A stretch of 64,000 bases of DNA, taken from assembly GCA_043803405.1 (NCBI GenBank), contig JAZDKB010000019.1:352001-416000 (forward strand), written 5' to 3'. This document shows positions 29,366 to 38,500 of this stretch, piece after piece (within the stretch, counting starts at the first letter, position 1; each line of letters starts with the position of its first letter). Source of the DNA: Spirochaetota bacterium (GTDB lineage Bacteria; Spirochaetota; UBA4802; JAFGDQ01). Below the pieces are notes generated by a model. That model was not told the DNA's origin. It worked only from the letters and a program-made list of their open reading frames with translations, and searched no databases. Made by a program: the position numbers and the translations under genes.

Positions 29366-32300
29366 CTATCTCCCAACCTCGATCGCCCTGTTGGGAATCT
29401 CCCCGAACATCTCTGGGAAGTAAAGAGCTTCAACCCGCGTTGTGGGGAGCTGGAACAGGCCGCCCTGGTTTATGCGTATTGTGTATTCCACTGTCCACTT
29501 TCCTTTGGGAACGTATTCGTAATATGCGCGGAAAGCTTCAAAGCTGCGCTCTTCGAATGCAGGCCACACGCGGCCCTTTCGCTCTTCGTCCTTTGTGAGT
29601 ATCTGCGAGTCGCGCGCAAGCCCCTTGCCGAGTATTGTCACCCCGGCAGGCACAGGGTCGCTTACAACCACCCATGTCTGGTCTGCCTGCGCTTCAACAT
29701 CGAGCCTTATGCGGTATATGTCGCCTGTTGTCCATTTGTCCTTAACCTTCTGCTCAACCGGGATTATCGTCTTTTTGATTTTGTACCCGCTCGAGAGAGG
29801 CTCCTTAAGCGGTATTGCCGCAAGGCTCCGGACAGTTGCCCACGGTTTACCTGTGCCCTTGTGGAAAATGCCAAGCTCGTCTTTTTTTGCAGGCCATGAG
29901 AAGAATGATTCTTTGCCGACTGGCGCTGCTTTCCACACAGTGTTCTGTGCCTGTCCTGCGAGTGAAGCGGAAGTGTCGCCTGTCACAGGCACGGACTCGA
30001 ATTTCTTTGAGAACTTCTCCATCGCAAGCACGCCCCAAGCGTTCGCGAGCGTAAGGTCCCATCTGCCCTGATGCTGCCTCGACAGCGCTCCAAGCACAAT
30101 GCGCGGCATGTCCTCCTTCCACATATCCGCGTTCACGAGCGAGAGCACAAGGCGCACGCTGTTCACGTCGTTGGATACCATCAGCCACCAGAGGCAGTCA
30201 GTGCCTTCTGTTGAGAAGCCCATGCGCGTGCCCTGGAAATTGAGGCGCGAGCGCAGAATGTGCTCCGCTTCCTTAATTTTATCTTTCCTGTTCTGTATGT
30301 CTTTAATATTCTGTAGGATATTGAACCAGTCTATTACTGCCGACGTAGGCCACAGGTTCGGGTCTATCGATATGGAGCCCAGAAGCTTTGCTTTGGCAAG
30401 GCCTGTCCTTGATATTGCTTCGATTGCTGAGAGCTTTTTGATCGCCAGGTCAGCAGTCTCGATCGGCGAGTAGCGCACTATCTTTCCCTCGATGAATTTC
30501 GTAAGCGCGTTTATGATCGTTGTTTCCGTGTCAGTTGTCATCTCCCATCCTGCTTCATTGCCTATAGCAAGGATGTAGGACGTGAGCGCAGGAGAGCCGT
30601 ACAGGCATGTGGGGAAATACTTCACAAGACCGTCGCTGTCCATGTACGAGTTTATATCGCTCATTGCCTTTTCCCACAAAGACTTGTCCCTTAGCGATAC
30701 CGCAATGGATACCCTCTGCTCCATGCATGTATAAGGATAGCTCTTCATGTACTCGGTAATGCCTGTCTGCCCCTGAGAGAGCTTCGGCTTAAGACTGACG
30801 CGTATGCCGCCCCTGCCGGGCACAGCATCCGCGGGGCGCTCCACAGTCATGCGGAAACTGTTTTCCACCTGCATAATAGTTGCCTGGTACGTGCGTACAG
30901 GAACTGCAGGCACAACCTTCTGATGAATCTTAATGCTGTCGCTTTTGCCTGTTTCCTTTTCCATGACCTGCGCTGTCCATGCAAGCTTTTCGATTCCGAA
31001 CGGAACTGTAGCGTCCCACCCGATCTCCTTTGCTTCTCCGGGCTGCAGCAGGGCTGTTACAGGCTTAAGGGCATCCGCAATACCCTCTGCCTGCACCGAC
31101 GCCGTTATATTCATTGCGCGGCCTGTTGTGTTTCGCAGCGTGAACTCCGCCCTGTATTTGTCGCCTTCGCGCACAAGCGGGGGCAGGCCGGCGAGTATCA
31201 TTAATTCCTGCGTTGACTGTATGGATGCTGCGCCCGAGCCGAACAGCCCTGAGCCGCCTGTTGCAACAGCAACTATCCTGAACGATGTGATTGAATCGTT
31301 CAGCGGTATTGTGGCTTTAGCTTCACCGTTCTTATCCAGCACAACCTTTCCCTTCCAGAGCAGCAGTGTATCGAACAGTTCGCGCGTAGTCTCCCTGCCG
31401 CCTCCGCCTCCCTGCGGCAGCGCCTTAAGGCCGAAATGGCGCCTGCCTATAACCTGCATCTGCGCTGTCGATGTGCTGATCTCGTACGGCCGCCTGCCCA
31501 TCATTGCTGTGAGTATGTCCCAGCTATGATTGGGCATAAGCTCCAGCAGCCCCTCGTCCACGGCAGCAAGCGCGACCTCTGTCCCCAGAGGAGGTATCTT
31601 ACCATCTGAAGTCTTTACTTTAATGTTTACTTCAGCTTTGCCGCGAATGTTGTATACTTTACGATCGGGCGTTACGCTTACCTTAAGCTCGTGCGCCTTC
31701 CAGCCCACCCTGATCTCCGCAATGCCGAGCTTGTAGGCGGGCCTTCCCATGTCAACCATGGCAGTAGGCTGCACGTCCGTAACGCGGCCGCGCACAACAA
31801 GAGCTGATACAAAGCAGTTGGGCGCGTACGTTCCCTTTACAGGCACCTCGATTACCGGCTTTGTGCCCGATATCTTTGTTACCCACGATTCTATGATTCC
31901 TTCCCTTTCAACCGCGACCAGGGCCGTAGCTTCCCTGAAAGGCATACGGAGCTGGAATACGGCTGTCTCGCCCGGCTCGTACTTCTTTCTTTCGGGCAGA
32001 AGGTCTATCCTGTCATTGTCCGAAACCTCGAACCACCAGTCGCCTTTTCCTGCCACCCATATCTCATGATTTGTGACTGTCCTGTTTCCGTCTTTGTCCT
32101 CTGCCTCTGCCTGTATTATTACATTGCCGGATGCAGGCACGCTCACCTCGCATATATATAATCCCTTTGAGTCTGTTTTCCCTTTGCACAGATCGGATAT
32201 TTTTTTAACCTCTGTTATGTATTCGTACGCATAGAACCCGCCCACAAGGCGCTTCCTGTGCGTATAGTTCTTTTTCATGTAAAGCTGCGCGCTCACCTTC

Positions 32301-35008
32301 GCATTGGCAACAGGCTTTCCGTTTATGTCCAGAACAGCGGTGTGGAACTTGAACTTGTCCATTGAAAGCGCCCACGAGTCCGGCTTTACGCCTATAAGAT
32401 ATCCGGATGACCATAAAGGAGTTGTGGAAGATACTGTCTGCAGCTCGCCGTTCGGGTCCTTGAACTCGATCTCCGCAAGAATCTCCTGCGGTGTCTCAGC
32501 TTTCGGGAGCTTCGGGATCTCTACGCGCGCCCCTCCGGTCCTGTCCAGGTTCACTTCCATTGCAGCGGGTTTCCCGGCTGTTCTTTCTTCCACAGGCTGC
32601 TCTGAATCTTCTTCATCTCCCATGTATTGCCCGCCGCGCGTGATGCCTTCCTTTACTTCACCGTTTGCGAACACGAAGTCATCGAACCCTTCAAAGGATG
32701 ATACGTATTTGCGCCGCACTTCGCTTCTTATTTTTACTGGAAGCGATCCTGCCCCGCCTCCCGCGAGGTAGCGCACGCTGATGTCGAGCGGAAGGCTGTC
32801 CGCGTTTACGAGCGGCTCTGCCGGCGGCTTAATAGTGCCCTTCAGGAGAGGCACGCGGAACTCCTCAACGCGGAATCCCCCGCCGGTTAATTCATTGTAG
32901 TAATAGCTCCGGTCCTTGTCCGATGACTTCCTGAACACGCATGTATAATAGCCGAGCTTGGCATCCTTTGGAATAGTGAAGGATGAATGCGCTATGTCGT
33001 TTGTCTCCCACTTGAGAGGAAGTTCGTATTTCTCATCACTGCCAGTATGTACGATGGATAGTGTGTCCGGCATTTTATTTGCCTGCACATACCAGAATCC
33101 TTTCATTGTATGATTGCGCATGATGTGCTTCATGTGCACTGTTTCCCCTGCGCGCAAAAGAGTCCTGTCGAAGATGGTGTGTGCGATTGCGGGCTCCCTG
33201 TAGTATTCGTGCGGCAGGTTGAATCTCCATGCTTCAATGCCGTTGTCCCAGCTCGAAAATACGAATGACATATCCCCCGCAAGCTTTGCCGTAATAAAGA
33301 GACCGCTGCCTATTGAATTGTATTTGCAGTTCGGCAGGCTGCCCTGTGAAGGCAGTGTACTGTCTATTCTTGCTATGCCGTTCGCGTCGGTCTTTCCCTG
33401 CCATAGTATCTTTTCGGAGCAGTCCTTTACAGCAACCTCGGCGTCCTTTACAGGCTCGCCCTTATCCAGCGATGTTACCCATATCAAAGACGACTCTCTT
33501 CCCCACTTGAAATGCACAGACATATTGGTGACAAGGACGGCAGTAGGCACATACATGGGCGCCTGTTTTCCGAGCAGCGAAGCTCCGAGTATTTCACTTT
33601 CCAGTTCCACTATATAGAGGCCCGGCTCCTTTATGGGGATGCCTACAACCTCAAAGGCTTCAGCTCCCAGTGGCTTTGGCAGTTTAAAATCCTTAGCTGT
33701 CTTATCATTAACGAAAACCGACGACTCCCTCTCTGCTGCGCCGACCCTTCGCAGCCAGTCCTGGATGTTGCCTTCTTCTGACCCTACGTTGAATATTTTA
33801 CCCGTAATACTGCCGGATGCACCTTTACCAGTTCCGACGCGCAGCATCTGCCCTTTAACTTCGGGCTCAAGATTGCGCAGCGTTACAGGCAGAACAGGGT
33901 CAGCCTTCATCTCAAGTATGCCGAATCTTGCCGCAAATTTCGCAAGGGGCGGGTAGGTGCCAGTGCGCACTTCGAGCGGAAACTTGTCCGCGTTTACAAG
34001 CGGCCTGCCGTTGTCGTCCTTAAGGTTACCTGGCACTTCTATTTTATAAACAGCGTTGGGTGGGAAAGGCCCCTTGAAGTAAACGCTTGTAACGGAATTC
34101 TTGTCACTGTCATCTTCCGGCAGCGCAGGCTTCCACGTCTTTCCGCTGCTGCTTTTTAGTACAATCTTTTTCGCATTGTCTCTCGGAACAGGCGCGGAAA
34201 AAGTCAGGTGCATCGGGAGCATTGGAATGCAGTCAGCGTCAGCGTTCTCGCGTTCGCAGCTGAAGCCCGCCGAGAACGCCTCCCTTGTTCTGTACCGGAG
34301 TACCTGGTCTTTTATGCCTGCAACGCCTGTTTTAGACTTTACGTTCCTGCTCCATACAAGGCTCACTTTTGCCCCGGACGGGAAGTTCTGTCTGCATTGC
34401 AGAAGGATAACAGACGCCTGCTGCCTGCGGTGCCTGTATTGCGATTTAAGTATTTCGCTGCGGTCTTTTCCATCTATTATTTTTACGCCTATGTGATCCT
34501 GAATGCCTTCAACCGAGAAGTACACGTTCTTTACAACAGAGTCGGCGTCCGGTTCCGCGTCCAGCGTAAGTATGAATATCTGCTCCTCCGAGATGTAGTA
34601 CGATCCTTCGTAGGGCGATGACCGTTTAACCGAAGGCCCTCCTGTAGAGAATGAGAACTCGCGCTGTCCCATTATCTCTTTGCCCGAAAGCGTTTTTATG
34701 CCCGGCCGCAGTTTGAATGTGCACTCTATGCCTGCAGGCAAATCATTGTCGAAATCGAAAACCCAGTTTTTCTGGTCTGCCCATCTGCCTGTGCCCTTTG
34801 ACGCACATTCTGTTTCAAAAGGCGAAACCATGGCGCGCGGGTCGCCGAAAGGCACCATCTGTTCAGTAAACCTTGCGGTTACCTGCCGAATGCCTTTAAC
34901 CATGCCCTGCGGAGAAAAGAACTCCACTCTCGGATTATCTTCAGTAAATACATAAGATATTATGAGCAGGAATATTACCGTGAATATTGATCTTAAAATG
35001 AGTTTCAT
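29366..35008 (-). CDS. Bacterial alpha-2-macroglobulin (YfhM-like)
   Basis: 1880 aa; signal peptide, MG domains (FDRTLLRAGETVH), AVDEGLL, thioester motif CMEQ, C-terminal PTTRVEALYFPE; paired with pbpC. Confidence 0.93.
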   Translation of the reverse strand: MKLILRSIFTVIFLLIISYVFTEDNPRVEFFSPQGMVKGIRQVTARFTEQMVPFGDPRAMVSPFETECASKGTGRWADQKNWVFDFDNDLPAGIECTFKLRPGIKTLSGKEIMGQREFSFSTGGPSVKRSSPYEGSYYISEEQIFILTLDAEPDADSVVKNVYFSVEGIQDHIGVKIIDGKDRSEILKSQYRHRRQQASVILLQCRQNFPSGAKVSLVWSRNVKSKTGVAGIKDQVLRYRTREAFSAGFSCERENADADCIPMLPMHLTFSAPVPRDNAKKIVLKSSSGKTWKPALPEDDSDKNSVTSVYFKGPFPPNAVYKIEVPGNLKDDNGRPLVNADKFPLEVRTGTYPPLAKFAARFGILEMKADPVLPVTLRNLEPEVKGQMLRVGTGKGASGSITGKIFNVGSEEGNIQDWLRRVGAAERESSVFVNDKTAKDFKLPKPLGAEAFEVVGIPIKEPGLYIVELESEILGASLLGKQAPMYVPTAVLVTNMSVHFKWGRESSLIWVTSLDKGEPVKDAEVAVKDCSEKILWQGKTDANGIARIDSTLPSQGSLPNCKYNSIGSGLFITAKLAGDMSFVFSSWDNGIEAWRFNLPHEYYREPAIAHTIFDRTLLRAGETVHMKHIMRNHTMKGFWYVQANKMPDTLSIVHTGSDEKYELPLKWETNDIAHSSFTIPKDAKLGYYTCVFRKSSDKDRSYYYNELTGGGFRVEEFRVPLLKGTIKPPAEPLVNADSLPLDISVRYLAGGGAGSLPVKIRSEVRRKYVSSFEGFDDFVFANGEVKEGITRGGQYMGDEEDSEQPVEERTAGKPAAMEVNLDRTGGARVEIPKLPKAETPQEILAEIEFKDPNGELQTVSSTTPLWSSGYLIGVKPDSWALSMDKFKFHTAVLDINGKPVANAKVSAQLYMKKNYTHRKRLVGGFYAYEYITEVKKISDLCKGKTDSKGLYICEVSVPASGNVIIQAEAEDKDGNRTVTNHEIWVAGKGDWWFEVSDNDRIDLLPERKKYEPGETAVFQLRMPFREATALVAVEREGIIESWVTKISGTKPVIEVPVKGTYAPNCFVSALVVRGRVTDVQPTAMVDMGRPAYKLGIAEIRVGWKAHELKVSVTPDRKVYNIRGKAEVNIKVKTSDGKIPPLGTEVALAAVDEGLLELMPNHSWDILTAMMGRRPYEISTSTAQMQVIGRRHFGLKALPQGGGGGRETTRELFDTLLLWKGKVVLDKNGEAKATIPLNDSITSFRIVAVATGGSGLFGSGAASIQSTQELMILAGLPPLVREGDKYRAEFTLRNTTGRAMNITASVQAEGIADALKPVTALLQPGEAKEIGWDATVPFGIEKLAWTAQVMEKETGKSDSIKIHQKVVPAVPVRTYQATIMQVENSFRMTVERPADAVPGRGGIRVSLKPKLSQGQTGITEYMKSYPYTCMEQRVSIAVSLRDKSLWEKAMSDINSYMDSDGLVKYFPTCLYGSPALTSYILAIGNEAGWEMTTDTETTIINALTKFIEGKIVRYSPIETADLAIKKLSAIEAISRTGLAKAKLLGSISIDPNLWPTSAVIDWFNILQNIKDIQNRKDKIKEAEHILRSRLNFQGTRMGFSTEGTDCLWWLMVSNDVNSVRLVLSLVNADMWKEDMPRIVLGALSRQHQGRWDLTLANAWGVLAMEKFSKKFESVPVTGDTSASLAGQAQNTVWKAAPVGKESFFSWPAKKDELGIFHKGTGKPWATVRSLAAIPLKEPLSSGYKIKKTIIPVEQKVKDKWTTGDIYRIRLDVEAQADQTWVVVSDPVPAGVTILGKGLARDSQILTKDEERKGRVWPAFEERSFEAFRAYYEYVPKGKWTVEYTIRINQGGLFQLPTTRVEALYFPEMFGEIPNRAIEVGR

Positions 35009-35090
35009 GCGCTGACTCCTTTATTATGGAAATTAAAATACAGGTTTAAAATATGTTCCTGAACCTTATATAACTTGGTTAACTTTTAGC

Positions 35091-35214
35091 ATAATAATAG
35101 ATTTCATAATAATCAGCAATTTTAAGGCGGCAGGAGGCCGCCGCTAGCCGCTTCTTACAGGATGTATGCATTAGCGGCGGGAAAATTGCTGATTATTATG
35201 AAATTTATTATTAT
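35091..35214 (+). repeat. Structured repeat copy 2: 33-bp inverted repeat (one G.U) enclosing the same GGA-loop core
   Basis: Arms 35091-35123 and 35182-35214; core taatcagcaattttaaggcggcaggaggccgccgctagccgcttcttacaggatgtatgcattagcggcgggaaaattgctgatta. Confidence 0.85.
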
Positions 35215-35530
35215 TATTATTCTTTCATTAGTATTCTAATAAAGTTAGCAATGTTTATAACCTTAAACAATAGTCCTGGATGATAATCCGGATATACAAC
35301 GTGATTATGCGGATTTTGAATGCATTTATAATGATACTATAAGCGCGGATATATTTGTCAACAAAAACACGTTGGAGGATATGTATGGAATATATATCCT
35401 AAATCTCTATTGACTTTTTGGGGAAAATCTGTTAATTTCTTATCTAATGTTCTCCTTCTTATTATGTTATTCAATCTAATTCTTTTTTAATTGTTCTATT
35501 GTTTCCTTCTCTGCACTGCAGGGGGAAAAG

Positions 35531-38500
35531 GTGTATTTTACTTTAAAAGAAATCCTCAATGTATCAAGATTCAGGGAAATGTTCGACAATCTCACTAAAG
35601 TAATCCCTTTCTCGATACAAATTACTGACAATGAAAATGATGTTCTATTTAATTCCAGCTCGGACAACGCAATACAGGAGAGCCACGCTGCCGAAGTACC
35701 GATCATAGTACGGAACATTTGTTACGGTAAAATAATTATTCGTGAATCGGAGCAGCATAAATCCGATTCTGCATTTGAGAATTCTATTGCATTTATAAAG
35801 AATTTTATAGAAGCCGCAGGCGATGTACGCTTAACATTTCTCGATGAACTTCATAAAAAAAAGCTGCTCGCCAGGGCTCAGCGGCTGGCCCACTTCGGAA
35901 GCTGGGAATACGATTACTTCCAGAATAAAATGACCTGGTCAAAAGAGATATACAGGATACTGGGCGTTGAAATCGGAGAAGTTGTGCCGTCGCGCGCCGT
36001 GTTCCTTAAAATGGCGCATCCTGCCGATCTGCCTATGCTCCAGGAAGCTATCCGCAAAAGCGAAGGAAAAGACGGCACGTGGGAGCTCGAATACAGGATT
36101 GTAAGGCAGACCGACGGCCATGTACGTTATCTGCAGGAAAGCTGGGGACATATAAAGAACATTAATGGTGAGCTTGTACATTCCTACGGCGTAATTCATG
36201 ATATTACCAGAAGAAAGTCCGCAGTAGCAGCCTCAGTGGAAAGCGAAGAGCAGTTCAGAGCAATTTACGAAAATAGTTCAGACGGAATTATGCTAGGATT
36301 ACCCGACGGAAGCATTGTTTCGGCTAATACCGCAGCCTGTCGCATGTTTGGGTGTACGGAAGAAGAACTGTGCAGGGGAGGCAGAAAATTTATTGTAGAT
36401 GACTCGGCGCCGGGTTTTGTCAATTCACTGGAAGTACTGAGAGAAACAGGAGAGCTGCAAAAAGAATCGTTTCATAAAAGAAAGGACGGGACAATATTCC
36501 CTACCGAAATTTCCATAAAAGTTCTGAGCGACAGAAGCGGCAGCCGGATTTACAGCATTGTAATCCGCGACATCTCCGAGCGCAGAAAATCGGAGGAAGA
36601 GGTCAGGAAGCTTAATGCCGAACTTGAAGAGCGGGTGCGAAGCCGCACAGCCGAGCTGATGCTGGCGAACAAAGCTCTTTATCATTCGCAGCAAATGTTC
36701 AAGCTGGTTCTTGATACGATTCCGGAGCGCGTTTTCTGGAAAGACCGCGACGGCAGGTTCCTCGGCTGCAATAAGTCCTTTGCCAGAGATAATATTCTCA
36801 GTAAACCCGAAGATATAATCGGGAAATCAGGCAGGGATTTATTTTTTAAAGATGAATTGGAATTCCTTGGCAGAAACGATATTGAACTGATGGAACTGGA
36901 CAAATCCAGACTGAATTACAGTGAATACCTGAAGCGTTCGGACGGAAAATCTTTCTGGCTTAAACTAAGCAAACTTCCTCTCCGCGACCGCAGCGGAAAG
37001 GTTATCGGCATACTGGGAATGTACCAGGACATTACCAATGAAAGGCAGACTCAGGAGGAATTATTAAAAAGCGAGTTAACTTTGCGTTCTATTGTTGCCG
37101 CATGTCCTGAAGGGATATGCCTCATGAGGCCGGACAGGGTACTACAGTGGATGAACGAAAGCATGGCTGTAATTACAGGATATACTTTTAATGAATTTAA
37201 AAACCGGGACACGAGGTTTCTCTATAAATCCGACGAAGAATTTAAAAATACGGGCGATGCGCTTTATAAAAATCTGTCATCCGGCAATAACTGCGAGACA
37301 GAAACAGCTTTGATCCGTAAAGACGGCAGGGAGATATATGTTCATATAAGCGCTTCGGCAATGAATCCCTGCGACCTTTCGCTGGGTATAGTTTTAATTG
37401 TAATGGATATTACGGAACAGAAACAGTATGAGGAAGCTCTAAAGTCCAGCGAAGAACGCCTCAGGTGCCTTATTGAATCCGTGACAGATTACATCTATAC
37501 TGTAATGATAAAAGACGGAGTTCCTGTTTATACATATCATGGCCCGGGCTGCCTGACCGTAACCGGCTATACATCCGAAGAATATGAAAGTAGTCCGCAC
37601 CTGTGGTATAGCATGATTTACGAGGAAGACAGGGAAGCCGTGGCAAAACACTTTGCCGCTGTGATCTCAAGGGAGGAGACATCGTTCATTGAGCACAGGA
37701 TTATTCATAAGGACGGCTCCATCCGGTGGGTCAGAAATAAGCCAGTGCTGCTGCGCGATACGGTCGGGATACTGGTCGCTTATGACGGGCTTGTTTCCGA
37801 TATAACCGAGCGTAAAGAAGTGGAGGAGGAACTCCGCAGAAGTAAAGAATTTTTCCGTACTTTGATAGAAAAATCCGAAGAGGTTTTTACTCTTATTGAT
37901 GCTAACAATAAACACATTTATGTTTCACCATCCGTTACCAAGGTTTTAGGATACAGTGTGGATGAGTATCTTGCCACATACTGGAGGAATATTGTCAATT
38001 CTGATGATATTAAGAACACTGAAAACGTATTTGCCAGGTTCATTGAAACTCCGGGTCATTTGCAAAAATTCATTGCGCGTTTCCTTCACAGGAACGGATC
38101 ATGGCGCTGGATGGAGGTCACTGCGCGCAACCTTCTTTACGATCCGAACGTGCATGCCCTGGTTGTTAATTTTCATGATATTACGGAAAGGATACAATCT
38201 GAGGAAGTCCTGAGGCAGGCAAAGGAAGCTGCGGAATCCGCGGCTAAAGCAAAAAGTATCTTTCTGGCCAATGTCAGCCACGAGATACGCACTCCAATGA
38301 ATGCAATTATCGGGCTAAGCCGGATTGTGCTTAAAAATATACGTTCGGAAAAGCAGCGCGATTATATGAACAAGATTATTTTATCTGCCCATTCTTTAAT
38401 GGGTATAATAAACGATATTCTTGACCTTTCCAAAATAGAAGCCGATAAGCTTAAAATCAGCAATGTCGTTTTTTCCGTAGATAAATTACTAAAAAGCGTT

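Noticed and set aside
29595..34955. Many antisense ORFs over the alpha-2-macroglobulin gene (and over other long genes)
   Set aside because: Shadow ORFs expected from GC-rich codon usage on the opposite strand
24571..35214. CRISPR array or composite transposon interpretation of the paired repeats
   Set aside because: Only two copies about 10.5 kb apart, no spacers or cas genes, no transposase and no direct target-site duplication seen
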